From contig CBDCGL010000011.1 in assembly GCA_965216755.1 (NCBI GenBank), positions 2,496,001 to 2,560,000 on the forward strand: 64,000 nt of DNA, given 5' to 3'. A model generated the notes under the pieces. The model was not told the origin of the DNA, made no database searches, and was given only the letters and a program-made list of their open reading frames with translations. The position numbers were made by a program, and so were the translations under genes. Source of the stretch: Alphaproteobacteria bacterium. GTDB taxonomy: Bacteria > Pseudomonadota > Alphaproteobacteria > UBA7887. Of the stretch, positions 56,866 through 64,000 are shown piece after piece (positions within the stretch are counted from its first letter, which is position 1; the number at the start of each line of letters is the position of its first letter).

Positions 56866-57990
56866 CTACAACACGTGATCGCGAATCAGCGTCGCCAACC
56901 GCACCACGTCGTCGTCGCGATGATCGGCGCTGAACGTCACGCGCAGGCGCGCGGTGCCGTCGGGTACGGTTGGCGGCCGAATGGCGGTGACCAAAAAGCC
57001 GTGCGCCGCCAACAAGGACGACGCGGTCAACGCGGGTTCGGCGTCGCCAACAATCACCGGCACGATCGGGCTTTGCGGCGCGGGCAGTCCGACGATCTCG
57101 CAAAAAATGGCCGCCTTGGCGACCGGTCGCGCGCAAAATTTCGGGTCGCTCTCGATGATATCCAACGCCGCGTACGCCGCCGCCGCGACCGCCGGTGGCA
57201 GGCCGGTCGAATAGACCAGGGTGCGCGCCCGCGCCACCAGCAGATCGATCACCGGTTGGGCGGCGCACAAATAGCCGCCATAGCCGCCGATCGCCTTCGA
57301 CAAGGTGCCCATTTGCAACGGCGCCGCGTTGTTTTTCGTCGCCGGCACGACGCCCAATCCGTGCGCATCGTCGGTCATCAACCATGCGTCATAAGCCGCA
57401 GCGACATCGGCCAGATCGTCGAGCGGCGCCAAGTCGCCGTCCATGCTGAACACCGTGTCGGTCAATACCAGGCAATGGCGATGATCGGCACGCGACGCGT
57501 TCAGCTGGGCGCGTAGATCATCGATATCGTTGTGTCGAAAGACGCGCACGGCCGCACCCGACAAGCGGCTGCCACCATGAAGACAGGCATGTGCCAACTC
57601 GTCGATGAAAACAACATCCGGGACGCCAACCAAAGCCGGCACGATACCAAGATTGGCCAAATAGCCGGATCCAAAAACCAGCGCGGCATCGGTGCCCTTA
57701 TAGCGCGCCAAACGCTTTTCAAGCGCTACCAGCGGTGGATGATTGCCGGTGACCAGGCGCGAGGCCCCGGCCCCCAACCCGTACCGATCGATCGCGTCCG
57801 CCGCCGCACGCTTGACCGTTGGATGCTGGCTGAGGTTCAAATAGTCGTTGCAACTGAACGACACCATGGTTCGCCCGGCGTGCTCAGCGCCGGCATGTGG
57901 GCGACGCCAGGTTTCGGTCAGCGACCGGCGCAATGCGCGTCGCTCCAACCCCGCAAGCTTGTCGCGCGCAAATTCGTTCAAACTGTTCAT
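56866..57990 (-). CDS. bioF: 8-amino-7-oxononanoate synthase
   Basis: SCNDYL, GAGASRL, FSMDGD, DDAHG, GTLSKA, IRPPTVP. Confidence 0.94.
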   Translation of the reverse strand: MNSLNEFARDKLAGLERRALRRSLTETWRRPHAGAEHAGRTMVSFSCNDYLNLSQHPTVKRAAADAIDRYGLGAGASRLVTGNHPPLVALEKRLARYKGTDAALVFGSGYLANLGIVPALVGVPDVVFIDELAHACLHGGSRLSGAAVRVFRHNDIDDLRAQLNASRADHRHCLVLTDTVFSMDGDLAPLDDLADVAAAYDAWLMTDDAHGLGVVPATKNNAAPLQMGTLSKAIGGYGGYLCAAQPVIDLLVARARTLVYSTGLPPAVAAAAYAALDIIESDPKFCARPVAKAAIFCEIVGLPAPQSPIVPVIVGDAEPALTASSLLAAHGFLVTAIRPPTVPDGTARLRVTFSADHRDDDVVRLATLIRDHVL

Positions 57991-58070
57991 CGCGCCGAAA
58001 CTTCGTGATTCCCGGGAACCGCTTGAGTTGGCGCATGTTCCGGCGCTAAGTCAAGGCCATACGCGACGCC

Positions 58071-59411
58071 ATGCCCGACAAGGAGGCCGCGCCCATGACA
58101 ACATCGCCGCCGGATTGGCTGACCGCCGGCTTGGATCACGTCTGGATGCCCTACACCCAGATGAAAACGGCCCCGATGCCAATCGCGGTCGCGCGGACCG
58201 AAGGCGCCCATATCACCCTCGCCGACGGCCGGGTCTTGGTCGATGGCTGCGCCAGCTGGTGGACGGCGTGCCACGGCTATAATCACCCACATATTCGGAC
58301 GGCGGTCGCCGCGCAGCTTGAGACCATGCCGCACATCATGATGGGCGGCCTCGCCAACGAACAGGCGTTTCGGCTCGCGGCCCGTTTGGCCACGCTGTTG
58401 CCGGGGGACTTGGACCGCGTATTCCTGGCGGAGTCCGGTTCCGTCGCGGTCGAAGTGGCGATGAAAATGGCGATCCAATACTGGATCAATAGGGGCGCTG
58501 TGGGCCCGGCGACGCCCCACAAACAATTCATCCATTTCGACCATGGCTATCACGGTGACACATTCGCAACCATGTCGGTGTGCGATGTCGATCGCGGCAT
58601 GCATCATGTATTCAAAGGCGCCTTGCCCGAACAATTGCGGCGCCCCCTGCCGACGGACAAAGCGGAACAAGAACGGTTCGAATCTTTCCTCGCCGCGCAT
58701 CGCGGCCGCGTCGCGGGCGTCATCGTCGAACCCTTGGTGCAAGGTGCCGGCGGCTTGAAGTTTCACGATCCGGGAACACTGCAATTCTTGCGTGCAGCGA
58801 CCCTGCGAAATGATGCCTTGCTCATTTTTGATGAGATCATGACCGGCTTCGGTCGCACCGGCAGCTTGTTTGCGTGCCAAGCGGCCGATGTCGTGCCGGA
58901 TATCATCACGCTGGGCAAAGCATTGACCGGCGGGACGAGTCCATTGTCTGTCGCGGTATGCAGCCGCGGCGTCGCCGCGCCATTCATGTCCGACACTCCT
59001 GACGCAGCATTGATGCATGGACCGACCTATATGGGGCACGCCATGGGCTGCGCGGCGGCCAACGCCTCGTTGGATCTGTTCGAGCGCGAGCCGCGTCTCG
59101 ACCAGGTCGCCGCCATCGAACGCCACTTGCTTCAGGATTTGGCGCCGGCCCGCCAAATTAAAGGTGTGGTCGACGTGCGCGTACGCGGCGCCATCGGCGC
59201 CATCCAAGTGGCCGAAATGCGTGAGATTGAATGGTTGCGCCGGCGCTTTGTCGAGGCCGGCGTATTTATTCGGCCGATGGCCGACGTTATTTATGTCGCC
59301 CCACCATTTGTCGTCGACAATGGCGATTTGCGGACCCTGACCGCCGCGATGCTGACCGTGACCGAAGAATGGAGCCGACGGTTCGGCGTAGCGTTCCGGT
59401 CCGGTACTTGA
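58071..59411 (+). CDS. bioA: Adenosylmethionine-8-amino-7-oxononanoate aminotransferase
   Basis: WMPYTQ, SWW, SGSVAVEVAMK, YHGDT, DEIMTGFGRTG, LGKALTGG. Confidence 0.95.
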   Translation: MPDKEAAPMTTSPPDWLTAGLDHVWMPYTQMKTAPMPIAVARTEGAHITLADGRVLVDGCASWWTACHGYNHPHIRTAVAAQLETMPHIMMGGLANEQAFRLAARLATLLPGDLDRVFLAESGSVAVEVAMKMAIQYWINRGAVGPATPHKQFIHFDHGYHGDTFATMSVCDVDRGMHHVFKGALPEQLRRPLPTDKAEQERFESFLAAHRGRVAGVIVEPLVQGAGGLKFHDPGTLQFLRAATLRNDALLIFDEIMTGFGRTGSLFACQAADVVPDIITLGKALTGGTSPLSVAVCSRGVAAPFMSDTPDAALMHGPTYMGHAMGCAAANASLDLFEREPRLDQVAAIERHLLQDLAPARQIKGVVDVRVRGAIGAIQVAEMREIEWLRRRFVEAGVFIRPMADVIYVAPPFVVDNGDLRTLTAAMLTVTEEWSRRFGVAFRSGT

Positions 59412-59756
59412 CAACCGCTGAGCCAAGGCGCATTACCTTAGGCGTTGGTATATTGCGATCATCGGTCCCGTTGTGGCGTATGCGGCGGACCGGACTGTGA
59501 CTATGCATAGCACGTCGTCGACGTATGTTTCGCGCCCAATGACTCCGCAGCTAACGGTGCGACCAGCCAACTGGCGTCGCCACAAGCCATCGGGCGTCGA
59601 CGAACGTTCTCGATTGCACAAATATCGCCATGCCAACAAAATCTTTTTTCGGCAAGACCATTCGCTCGGCAAAGGTTACGTGCGGTGCGCCCAGCGGCGG
59701 ATTTGCCCGAGACCGCGCCACACGGATTGCGCGGGGCACTTGATGGGAGAGGATCA

Positions 59757-59963
59757 ATGGCAACCGGTATTGTGAAATGGTTCAACACCCAAAAGGGCTT
59801 CGGCTTTATCGAACCGGATGAAGGCGGCAAGGACGTGTTTGTCCATATCAGCGCCATCGAAAAATCCGGCATGGAAGTTCCGGCCGAGGGCGCCAAGCTC
59901 AGCTACGATTTGGAACAAGACCGCAAAGGTCGTGTCTCTGCGGCCAACTTGCGCACCATTTAG
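59757..59963 (+). CDS. Cold-shock protein
   Basis: [21 protein letters not shown]. Confidence 0.95.
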   Translation: MATGIVKWFNTQKGFGFIEPDEGGKDVFVHISAIEKSGMEVPAEGAKLSYDLEQDRKGRVSAANLRTI

Positions 59964-60055
59964 GGACTTACGTCAATCGTTGGCGCCCCGCGACCGGATG
60001 CGAGGTTGTGCGGGCGCGTTTTCTTGCCATGCGGCGCCGTGATCAAACGACGGCC

Positions 60056-61090
60056 TCAGGCAAAATCTAGTTGCACTTTCATCGCGCGCCGGCGATCCGC
60101 GGCCAGGGCGAATGCGTGGTTTGCCTGGGCCATTGGCACGACTTCGGTAATCAACGGCGCCACATCAATGCGGCCGCTGCCGATCAATTTTGCCGACCAG
60201 GCAAATTCTTCGTGGAAGCGAAATGTGCCGCGCACATCGATCTCTTTCGCGACAATGGTGTTCATCGGCATGGTGACATCGCCGCCAAGCCCAATTTGCA
60301 CGACAATGCCGCGTGGCCGCACGACGTTAAGCGCCGCCGACAACGCCTGCGCATTGCCCGATGCCTCAAAGACAATGTCGCATTGGCCTTTTCCGTCTGC
60401 CAATGGCGCAAGTGCCCGCGGATCCTCGGCTACGTTGATGACCCGGTCCGCGCCCATCATCTGACCAATCGCCAAGGCTTCGGCGACGATGTCGGTGGCG
60501 ATGATCTCGGCCGCGCCGGCGTGGCGTGCAGCCGCGACAGCCAACACCCCTATCGGACCCTGCCCGGAGACCAGAACACATTTGCCGACCAAGCTACCGG
60601 CCCGTTGCACGGCGTGCAGACCGACGGCCAGCGGTTCGGCGCACGCCGCGTGGGTCAGGGGTAACGTAGCCGGCACCGGCACACACTGGGCTTCGTCGGC
60701 GACAACGGCCTGACAAAAGGCGCCCTGCACATGGGGCATGCGCATGGCACTGCCATAGAAACGCACGTCCGCGCAGTGATTATGAAGGCCCTGTTGACAA
60801 TATGCGCAGGTTCTGCACGGCCGGCTCGGGTTGACCGCAACGTGGTCGCCCACGGCAACACTGCGTACTTCAGCGCCGATTGCATCAATCACGCCTGCGA
60901 CTTCGTGGCCCAGGACCATCGGCTGTTTCAGACGCACGGTACCGAAACCACCATGGTAGAAATAGTGCAAGTCCGATCCACAGATGCCGCCCGCCGCGAT
61001 TCGCACCCGCGCCGCGCGCGGCCCCGGTGCTGCAACGTCGCGGGTCTCGATCCGCAAATCCTCGGGGGCATGCAACACGGCCGCTTTCAT
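60056..61090 (-). CDS. idnD: L-idonate 5-dehydrogenase (Zn-dependent)
   Basis: GICGSDLHY, GHE, 4-Cys Zn site, PHVQGAF, GTFRF; start 61090 after GAGGAGG. Confidence 0.88.
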   Translation of the reverse strand: MKAAVLHAPEDLRIETRDVAAPGPRAARVRIAAGGICGSDLHYFYHGGFGTVRLKQPMVLGHEVAGVIDAIGAEVRSVAVGDHVAVNPSRPCRTCAYCQQGLHNHCADVRFYGSAMRMPHVQGAFCQAVVADEAQCVPVPATLPLTHAACAEPLAVGLHAVQRAGSLVGKCVLVSGQGPIGVLAVAAARHAGAAEIIATDIVAEALAIGQMMGADRVINVAEDPRALAPLADGKGQCDIVFEASGNAQALSAALNVVRPRGIVVQIGLGGDVTMPMNTIVAKEIDVRGTFRFHEEFAWSAKLIGSGRIDVAPLITEVVPMAQANHAFALAADRRRAMKVQLDFA

Positions 61091-61190
61091 GTCATCCTCC
61101 TCAACTCGGCGCGCGAAAACGCCCCAGCGCTCGCGGCTATCTTGACCGAATTTCCGGGCGGCGCCCAGCTCGTCGAAAAGGATCTCGTCC

Positions 61191-61958
61191 ATGTCCACCG
61201 CTCTTTTTGATCTAACCGGCAGACGTGCGCTCGTCACCGGCGCCAGTCGCGGTATCGGACTGGCCTTGGCCACGGGCCTGTCGGCCGCCGGCGCCGAAGT
61301 CATTTTGAATGCGCGCCACGCCGACGCGCTCGAGGCGGCCGTCGCCACGCTTCGCGCTGCGGACGGGATCGCGCATGCGCGGCCGTTTGATGTGACCGAT
61401 CGTGCCGCGGTCGGCACCGTGGTCGACGCCATCGAGTCCGAAATCGGCGCCATCGATATTCTGGTCAACAATGCCGGCTTGCAACGACGTAAGGCGCTGG
61501 AAGATTTCGCGGAAGAGGATTGGCACCAAATCGTCCAGACCAATCTGAGCAGCGTGTTTTTCGTGAGCCAGGCCGTGGCTCGCCATATGATTGGCCGGCG
61601 CCGCGGCAAAATCATCAACATCTGCTCGGTCCAAAGCGAACTCGGCCGGCCGACCATCGCGCCGTACGCCGCCACCAAAGGTGGCGTGAAGATGCTGACC
61701 AAGGGCATGTGCGCGGATTGGGCGCCGCACAATATTCAGGTCAACGGCCTGGGGCCGGGTTATTTCGCAACAGCGTTGAATCAGGCCTTGGTCGATGATA
61801 CGGCGTTTTCGGCCTGGCTCGCCAAGCGCACCCCGGCCGGGCGCTGGGGCCGGGTTGAGGAGTTGATCGGCGCGGCGATTTTTCTGGCCTCGCCCGCGTC
61901 CGATTTTGTCAACGGCCACATCCTTTATGTCGACGGCGGCATCACCAGCGCCCTGTGA
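61191..61958 (-). other. Antisense shadow of idnO (no separate gene supported on this strand)
   Basis: The long minus-strand ORFs here lie opposite a well-conserved SDR gene. Confidence 0.3.
61191..61958 (+). CDS. idnO: Gluconate 5-dehydrogenase (SDR)
   Basis: TGASRGIG, NNAG, CSVQSELGR.TIAPYAATKG; divergent from idnD. Confidence 0.88.
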   Translation: MSTALFDLTGRRALVTGASRGIGLALATGLSAAGAEVILNARHADALEAAVATLRAADGIAHARPFDVTDRAAVGTVVDAIESEIGAIDILVNNAGLQRRKALEDFAEEDWHQIVQTNLSSVFFVSQAVARHMIGRRRGKIINICSVQSELGRPTIAPYAATKGGVKMLTKGMCADWAPHNIQVNGLGPGYFATALNQALVDDTAFSAWLAKRTPAGRWGRVEELIGAAIFLASPASDFVNGHILYVDGGITSAL

Positions 61959-62077
61959 CGAGCGCCTTTGCGAAATCGTGACTTGTCGGATCCTGGCCTT
62001 AGACGAATGCTGGGCCCAGTGTAGCACGACTTACAATGCGACATGACCGTGACGACAGCCCCGTGGGAGTGAATGCG

Positions 62078-63088
62078 ATGCAAAACGCCGTCAACCACCA
62101 AATTAGACTGGCCGCCCGCCCGACGGGTTTGCCGAAAGACAGCGATTGGCAGTTGACGGAGGAACCCGTCGCCGATCCGGGCCCCGGCCAGGTGCTGACC
62201 AAGATCCACTATATTTCGGTCGATCCGGCCATGCGTGGCTGGGTCAACGAAGGGCCGTCCTATGTGCCGGCGGTCGAGATCGGCGCGGTCATGCGTGCGC
62301 TAACGGTCGGTGAAGTGGTCGCCTCCAACAATTCCAACTTCGCGGTCGGCGACTATGTCGCGGGTCTCGATGGCGTCCAGGAATTCGCGTTATCCGACGG
62401 CAGCAGCTTGACCAAGGTCGACGTGCAGTTGGCACCGCTGCAAACCTATTTGAGCACTTTGGGTATCGCAGGGCTGACCGCCTATTGCGGTTTGATTGAA
62501 GTCGGTTTGCCGCAGGCCGGCAACACCGTATTGGTCTCAGGCGGCGCCGGATCGGTGGGCGCACATGTCGGCCAGATCGCCAAAATCAAGGGATGCCGCG
62601 CGGTCGGTATCGCCGGCGGCACAGATAAATGTCGCTATATAACCGACGAGTTGGGTTTCGACGCGGCGATTGACTATAAGGCCGAACAGCTATCGGACGG
62701 CCTCAAACGGACCTGTCCCGACGGCATCGACGTGTTTTTTGACAATGTCGGCGGGCCGACCTTGGACGCCGCGCTGGCCCGCATCAATTTCGGCGCCCGC
62801 ATCGTGATTTGCGGTGCCATATCGACCTATAACGCCACCGAACCGCCGGCCGGGGTCAAGAATTACCGCGCCTTGTTGGTTCGCAGCGCCCGCATGGAAG
62901 GTTTCATCTATTTCAATTACCGCAAGAAATGGCCGGAAATGATCAAGCAATTGGCCGCCTGGCGTGCCGAGGGCAAGATCAAGTGCCGGGAAGATATCGA
63001 TGAGGGCGGTGTCGCGGCGTTTCCGCGCGTTCTGTTGCGTTTGTTCGACGGCAGCAATTTCGGCAAGCAGATGATCAAGGTCGCTTGA
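62078..63088 (+). CDS. NADP-dependent oxidoreductase (CurA/prostaglandin reductase-like)
   Basis: LAARP.G, SVDPAMRG, GLTAY, FDNVGG, CGAIS.YN, NFGK. Confidence 0.9.
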   Translation: MQNAVNHQIRLAARPTGLPKDSDWQLTEEPVADPGPGQVLTKIHYISVDPAMRGWVNEGPSYVPAVEIGAVMRALTVGEVVASNNSNFAVGDYVAGLDGVQEFALSDGSSLTKVDVQLAPLQTYLSTLGIAGLTAYCGLIEVGLPQAGNTVLVSGGAGSVGAHVGQIAKIKGCRAVGIAGGTDKCRYITDELGFDAAIDYKAEQLSDGLKRTCPDGIDVFFDNVGGPTLDAALARINFGARIVICGAISTYNATEPPAGVKNYRALLVRSARMEGFIYFNYRKKWPEMIKQLAAWRAEGKIKCREDIDEGGVAAFPRVLLRLFDGSNFGKQMIKVA

Positions 63089-63090
63089 CC

Positions 63091-63227
63091 ATTCCGGTGT
63101 TCCGGTGGATTCTGGTGACAGTTTACTAAATACACTATATATCGTATATCTACCTTCTACAGTCATATATATAGTGTATTTAGTAAACTGTCACCAGAAT
63201 CCACCGGAACACCGGAATCACCGGAAT
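63091..63227. repeat. REP/REPIN-like long inverted repeat, copy 2
   Basis: Perfect 52-bp arms (63091-63142 and 63167-63218), core GGTGACAGTTTACT, extra CACCGGAAT unit to 63227. Confidence 0.85.
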
Positions 63228-63228
63228 G

Positions 63229-63966
63229 CTAAGTCGCGGGACCGATCCTCAGTAGATCGAGGGTAGGATAGCGGTCGACCAACCGCCGTGCCACGTAAGT
63301 GTTCAAACCACGATGCGCCCATTGGGCATTGGCTGCGAGCAGAATGAACCGGTCTTCGACCATGCGATCGATCGCCCTGCGGTCGTCTTCGGCGTGGTAT
63401 TCAACATAGATCAGGTCCAGGCCATCGGGGAGCGGCGCGAGGTCGTTCAATATGGCCATTTCAGCCCCTTCGGTATCGATCTTCACGACCGCAGACTCTG
63501 CCTGACGCAGAAACGATAGCACCTGACCAGCGCGCTCTAGATTCACTGATTCGATGGTGTCACCGGTCTCGGCGCTCTTAAATAAAGAGTTCTGCATCGT
63601 ATGGCTGGAGCCGCCGTGCAGGCATCCGTGGCCATTGCGATCCGCCAATCCGATGGGATGGCATTCGACATTTTCCAAGCCGGCCACATTGCGCAGCAAG
63701 AGATCGAAATTCGCTGCCGAAGGCTCGTATGCGACGACTCGAGACTTCGGATAGGCCATGGCGAAGAACACGCTGGCGGCGCCAATATTGGCGCCGATGT
63801 CGACGATCACCTCCGGCGAGTAGCCGACCAGACGCAGTGGCGGGTATTCGCGGCCCTGAAATATTGCCGCCAAATGATCGGTGATGTTGCCGCCGGGCGG
63901 ATAGACGAATGGCCGCCCGACACCATTTTGTTTCAGCCGCAGGCTGGCAAGGCGCCGCGCGCCCAT
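63229..63966 (-). CDS. FkbM family methyltransferase
   Basis: IVDIGANIG, AYEP, KIDTEGAE, VEYH. Confidence 0.9.
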   Translation of the reverse strand: MGARRLASLRLKQNGVGRPFVYPPGGNITDHLAAIFQGREYPPLRLVGYSPEVIVDIGANIGAASVFFAMAYPKSRVVAYEPSAANFDLLLRNVAGLENVECHPIGLADRNGHGCLHGGSSHTMQNSLFKSAETGDTIESVNLERAGQVLSFLRQAESAVVKIDTEGAEMAILNDLAPLPDGLDLIYVEYHAEDDRRAIDRMVEDRFILLAANAQWAHRGLNTYVARRLVDRYPTLDLLRIGPAT

Positions 63967-64000
63967 GACACCTAATTCCTTGTCGTTTGAATGGCGTGGA

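Noticed and set aside
57987-59426. 479-aa ORF antisense to bioA, and similar long shadow ORFs throughout
   Set aside because: These are expected in GC-rich DNA opposite conserved genes and show no recognisable motifs.
59412-59756. Small ORFs or ncRNA between bioA and csp
   Set aside because: There is no convincing RBS, motif or structure; long 5' leaders are ordinary for csp genes.
61091-61732. 558-aa fused idnD ORF
   Set aside because: The upstream part is antisense to idnO; a strong RBS places the idnD start at 61090.
1-64000. rRNA, tRNA, prophage, toxin-antitoxin or anti-phage defence genes
   Set aside because: No recognisable signatures were found by eye; tRNAscan-SE, Infernal and DefenseFinder would be needed to exclude divergent cases.

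Overview
GC-rich bacterial chromosome segment. It is most consistent with an alphaproteobacterium, an inference from the Flp/Tad pilins, CtrA-like boxes, PmtA, TRAP systems and CTAG-ended palindromic repeats. From start to end it holds: a TRAP/gamma-glutamylation catabolic operon with an RpiR regulator (a partial GlnA-like gene at 1-151 is missing from the ORF track), greB, a hydrolase/ThDP-enzyme/SDR group, a His-rich secreted beta-propeller, a TadG-like vWA protein and two Flp pilins (one missing from the ORF track), a peptidoglycan module, USP-Lon-USP genes interrupted by a MITE and an IS5 element, kynA/kynU, a peptide-type ABC transporter, pmtA, pepN, CYTH-CHAD, a TcuA/flavoprotein cluster, an S8 protease plus lipoprotein islet, bioFD/bioA, csp, idnD/idnO and a FkbM methyltransferase. 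The best candidate for an under-described system is the cluster at 20.5-23.7 kb. It combines a MepK-like endopeptidase, a YcfS-like L,D-transpeptidase, an Lpp/OprI-like alanine-zipper lipoprotein and a DpaA-like enzyme, i.e. a Braun-lipoprotein-type attach/detach module in a lineage usually thought to lack Lpp. At least two families of long palindromic intergenic repeats are also present, and their arms change in a compensatory way. No rRNA, tRNA or CRISPR array was seen. All family calls come from motif recognition by eye; no database search was run.
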